Assembly (NCBI GenBank): GCA_051439425.1
Contig: JBFRWD010000143.1
Location: forward strand, 1-44,029
Direction of reading: 5' to 3'
DNA from: Synechococcus sp.
Lineage (GTDB): Bacteria > Cyanobacteriota > Cyanobacteriia > Thermostichales > PCC-7336
DNA: 44,029 nt
The notes under the pieces were generated by a model. The model was not told where the DNA came from. It was given only the letters and a program-made list of their open reading frames with translations, and ran no database searches. The number at the start of each line of letters is the position of its first letter. Within the stretch, counting starts at the first letter, position 1. Both the position numbers and the translations under genes were made by a program. This document shows, piece by piece, positions 39,805 to 44,029 of this stretch.

Positions 39805-40245
39805 CTATGTATGCATGACTTGCAATCTCTGAGCAATGCCACCGAGCGAATGTTCGGCGGTCTCTTCTACGTCATCTAACCACCGGGGGCGAAGTGTTTC
39901 CCAATCTGGCCAGTGATAGAGGTCTGAACAGGGGCACGGGGATACTTTGAGGGATCTGGGGGCAGGCATTGGCAATAGCAAGCTACATCGACTGCAATTC
40001 GCGATATCCCAGCGATCACTCAACAGATCTTGAATGCTCTCGTTAGTGCCACTCAAATAACAGTGCGTGGGATGGCGGCTGACATAGCGCCAAATTTGTT
40101 CGAAATGCTCGCTGTAGCGATTCTTTTCTAACACCACATTGGGTTGCAGAAACTGGTGCTGACCCTGAGGTAGGTCAACATCGATTGATTTGCCCATTTG
40201 TAGCCAACAGGCAAGATACGCTTTTACTTGATCCGAGCTGGCCAT
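39805..40245 (-). CDS. Conserved cyanobacterial hypothetical protein
   Basis: MAS..QVK.YLA.W.Q.GK, YS..FE..W, CYL.GT..SI..LL...W.I..C.RC pattern; alternative ATG at 40260. Confidence 0.75.
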   Translation of the reverse strand: MASSDQVKAYLACWLQMGKSIDVDLPQGQHQFLQPNVVLEKNRYSEHFEQIWRYVSRHPTHCYLSGTNESIQDLLSDRWDIANCSRCSLLLPMPAPRSLKVSPCPCSDLYHWPDWETLRPRWLDDVEETAEHSLGGIAQRLQVMHT

Positions 40246-40429
40246 AACATCTTTACCCATCGCCTACGTTAATTCTAAAAAGTGCGCTGGGGGCGCGGCT
40301 TAGATGTTGAGGGATGGCGGCGAAAGTTTACATACTGTCATTCCCCGTTAGGGTTTGCGGCAACCAATCATCTTCGGCAGCTCTTACACTAGAGCTGGTG
40401 GTTGTAGCCAAGTGCTCTGAGGTTGATAT

Positions 40430-40966
40430 ATGGCGTTAATTGACAATCGCGGCCGACTGTTTGGCAAAGTCAGTGTGATCGATTTGGGGGCTGCACTCGT
40501 GGTGCTCGTGGCCATGGTGGCAATCTTTCTAGTGCCTGCGAATAGCCAATCGGTTCCGATTCGCGGATTTAACACCAGCAATCAGAAACCGGTTGAAGTG
40601 GATGTAATGGCTCGGCGGGTCAGTACGCGATCGGCTGAGGTGTTTAAGCCTGGAGAGAGGGCCAATATCATCATTCGCAACCAGCCTTATGGTGATGTCG
40701 ATGTTGTCGGTGTTGAAGATGTAAGCCGCACTGTCCCGATCGTGTTGCCAGATGGATCGATCGAGCGAGTGGCAGAAGAACAGTTTAGTGCCGATATTGT
40801 GGTCACTGTCTCTGGGCAAGCGGCAGTCACCAGTAGTGGGGTCGTGCTAGGAAATAGTAAGGTCAAGGTTGGTGTTCCGATTGAGCTAGAGACGTTTGAT
40901 TCCCTCATCCACGGAACGGTGATGGAGGTTCGAATTCTCGACGATGAAGCTCCTTCTGATGTTTGA
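40430..40966 (+). CDS. DUF4330 domain protein
   Basis: ID..GRLFGKVS.IDLGA, IIIRNQPYG.V, K.KVG.PIELE. Confidence 0.85.
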   Translation: MALIDNRGRLFGKVSVIDLGAALVVLVAMVAIFLVPANSQSVPIRGFNTSNQKPVEVDVMARRVSTRSAEVFKPGERANIIIRNQPYGDVDVVGVEDVSRTVPIVLPDGSIERVAEEQFSADIVVTVSGQAAVTSSGVVLGNSKVKVGVPIELETFDSLIHGTVMEVRILDDEAPSDV

Positions 40967-41033
40967 TGGAACCTGCTGGGAGCTTAGATCCGACTTGAGC
41001 TGACATCACTGATTGACTATCAATACCCAGAAG

Positions 41034-41070
41034 AAATGGAGTGTCTCTGTTTAGAAGAGGCACTCCATTT
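41034..41070. terminator. Bidirectional terminator between the DUF4330 gene and thiC
   Basis: AAATGGAGTGTCTCT-loop-AGAGGCACTCCATTT. Confidence 0.75.
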
Positions 41071-41097
41071 GGTTTCGTTACGTGGCTCAGTTGTCCG

Positions 41098-42578
<1,481 letters not shown>

Positions 42579-42845
42579 TGGCCATATTCTACTGTGGCGA
42601 TGGCTGGCTGGGGATCGGCATTCCGAATAAGAATTCCTGAGTTATGTGGCTGTTCTTTGTTCTGACTGCCTTGAGATTCGAATCATGACAGAAGCGATGG
42701 TGACGGGGAGATCGCGCTCCGTACGCCTTACCGAGCCATCCATTAAGATCGTTCATAAACTCTAGCAATTGCATGTTTGTGCTTGGGGTCACCTGCCCGA
42801 CTAAGATGGAATCCGGACACAAGGATTACAGTCGAAACACCTGTC

Positions 42846-44029
42846 ATGTCGGAATCCCCGGAACAACCCAAAATCTCGCTCCCGAAAACGAGCGAATCGG
42901 ATACTCTCCATCGCATCCGACACACCACCTCCCATGTCATGGCGATGGCGGTACAGAAACTGTTTCCCGGTGCCCAGGTGACCATCGGTCCTGCGACCGA
43001 TTACGGGTTTTACTACGATTTTGATGTTCCCGAGCCTTTTGAAACCTCCGATCTGAAGAAGATCAAGAAGGAGATGATCAAAATCATCAAGAAAGGCTTG
43101 CCGGTCATCCGCGAGGAAGTGCCTCGGGACAAGGCTCAGCATCGAATTGAAGAGTTAAAAGAGCCCTACAAGCTTGAAATCCTCGCAGATATTCCCACAG
43201 GTGAAAACATTAGTTTTTATCACTTGGGAGACCAGTGGTGGGATTTATGTGCGGGGCCACACGTCGAAACTACGAAAGATATTCACCCCAAAGCTTTTGA
43301 CCTGCTATCCGTGGCCGGTGCTTATTGGCGCGGTGATGAGAATAAAGCCCAGTTGCAGCGGATTTACGGCACCGCTTGGGAAACGCCCGAACAACTGCAG
43401 GCCTATAAAAAGCGGTTGGAAGAAGCTAAACAGCGGGATCATCGAAAGCTGGGCAAAGAATTGGGCTTATTCCTGTTTTCTGATGATGTTGGTCCCGGTC
43501 TACCCCTGTGGACGCCGAAGGGGACGATCTTGCGATCGACGTTGGAGGACTACCTCAAAAAGGAGCAGCTCAAGCGCGGCTACTTACCAGTTACCACCCC
43601 TCACATTGCCCGTGTGGATTTGTTCCGCACCTCCGGTCACTGGCAGAAATACAAAGAAGACATGTTCCCTATCATGTCGGAGGACGACGAGTCGCGGGCG
43701 AACGAGGTGGGCTTCGTCATGAAGCCGATGAACTGCCCGTTTCACATCCAGATTTACAAGAACGAGCTGAGGTCTTATCGCGACTTACCATTACGTTTGG
43801 CGGAGTTCGGGACGGTCTATCGTTACGAGCAATCGGGTGAGCTGGGAGGCTTGACGCGGGTGCGCGGCTTTACTGTGGATGACTCTCACCTATTTGTTAC
43901 TCCCGAACAACTTGATGACGAATTTCTCAAGGTGGTGGATCTCATTCTGAGCGTGTTCGAACGACTCGGACTGAAGGATTTCTCGGCTCGCTTGAGTTTC
44001 CGGGATCCCAATTCTGATAAATATCTCGG
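42846..44029 (+). CDS. thrS: Threonine--tRNA ligase (5' part, runs off the window; absent from the ORF track)
   Basis: Manual translation MSESPEQPKISLPKTSES..RIRHTTSHVMAMAVQKLFP.., WWDLCAGPHV, RDHRKLGKEL, KPMNCPFH, YRYEQSGELGGLTRVRGFT. Confidence 0.97.
   Translation, partial: MSESPEQPKISLPKTSESDTLHRIRHTTSHVMAMAVQKLFPGAQVTIGPATDYGFYYDFDVPEPFETSDLKKIKKEMIKIIKKGLPVIREEVPRDKAQHRIEELKEPYKLEILADIPTGENISFYHLGDQWWDLCAGPHVETTKDIHPKAFDLLSVAGAYWRGDENKAQLQRIYGTAWETPEQLQAYKKRLEEAKQRDHRKLGKELGLFLFSDDVGPGLPLWTPKGTILRSTLEDYLKKEQLKRGYLPVTTPHIARVDLFRTSGHWQKYKEDMFPIMSEDDESRANEVGFVMKPMNCPFHIQIYKNELRSYRDLPLRLAEFGTVYRYEQSGELGGLTRVRGFTVDDSHLFVTPEQLDDEFLKVVDLILSVFERLGLKDFSARLSFRDPNSDKYL

Noticed and set aside
43174..43840. 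182-aa and 110-aa plus-strand ORFs
   Set aside because: Alternative frames inside thrS

Overview
Cyanobacterial chromosomal window: abundant HIP1 GCGATCGC, photosystem I genes, and a Ni-SOD consistent with a marine habitat. Most of it is core genome: DUF815 ATPase, PD-(D/E)XK nuclease, a flavin thioredoxin reductase beside ftrC, rpe, ribD, tRNA-Pro(GGG), nnr, psaF-psaJ-psaL, tsaD, pilMNOQ, sodN/sodX, SprT-like protease, radA, ogt, TfoX-family protein, ComA/ComEA, uvrC, rpsB-tsf, a clpC-like ATPase, thiC with a TPP riboswitch and the 5' part of thrS. Main points of interest: (1) an oriC-like DnaA-box cluster at ~24.57-24.75 kb, with no dnaA or dnaN in the window, inside a DNA-uptake/repair neighbourhood; (2) an exported Ig-like-domain c-type cytochrome (CVGCH) directly downstream of, and co-oriented with, pilQ; (3) an NADPH-independent (DTR/FFTR-type) thioredoxin reductase next to the FTR catalytic subunit; (4) three diverged copies of a ~105-bp MITE-like element in a decaying 26.8-32.6 kb patch with several pseudogenes and a perfect 22-bp palindrome; (5) possible cis-regulatory features at sodN/sodX. 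All family assignments come from motif recognition by eye, not from database searches.
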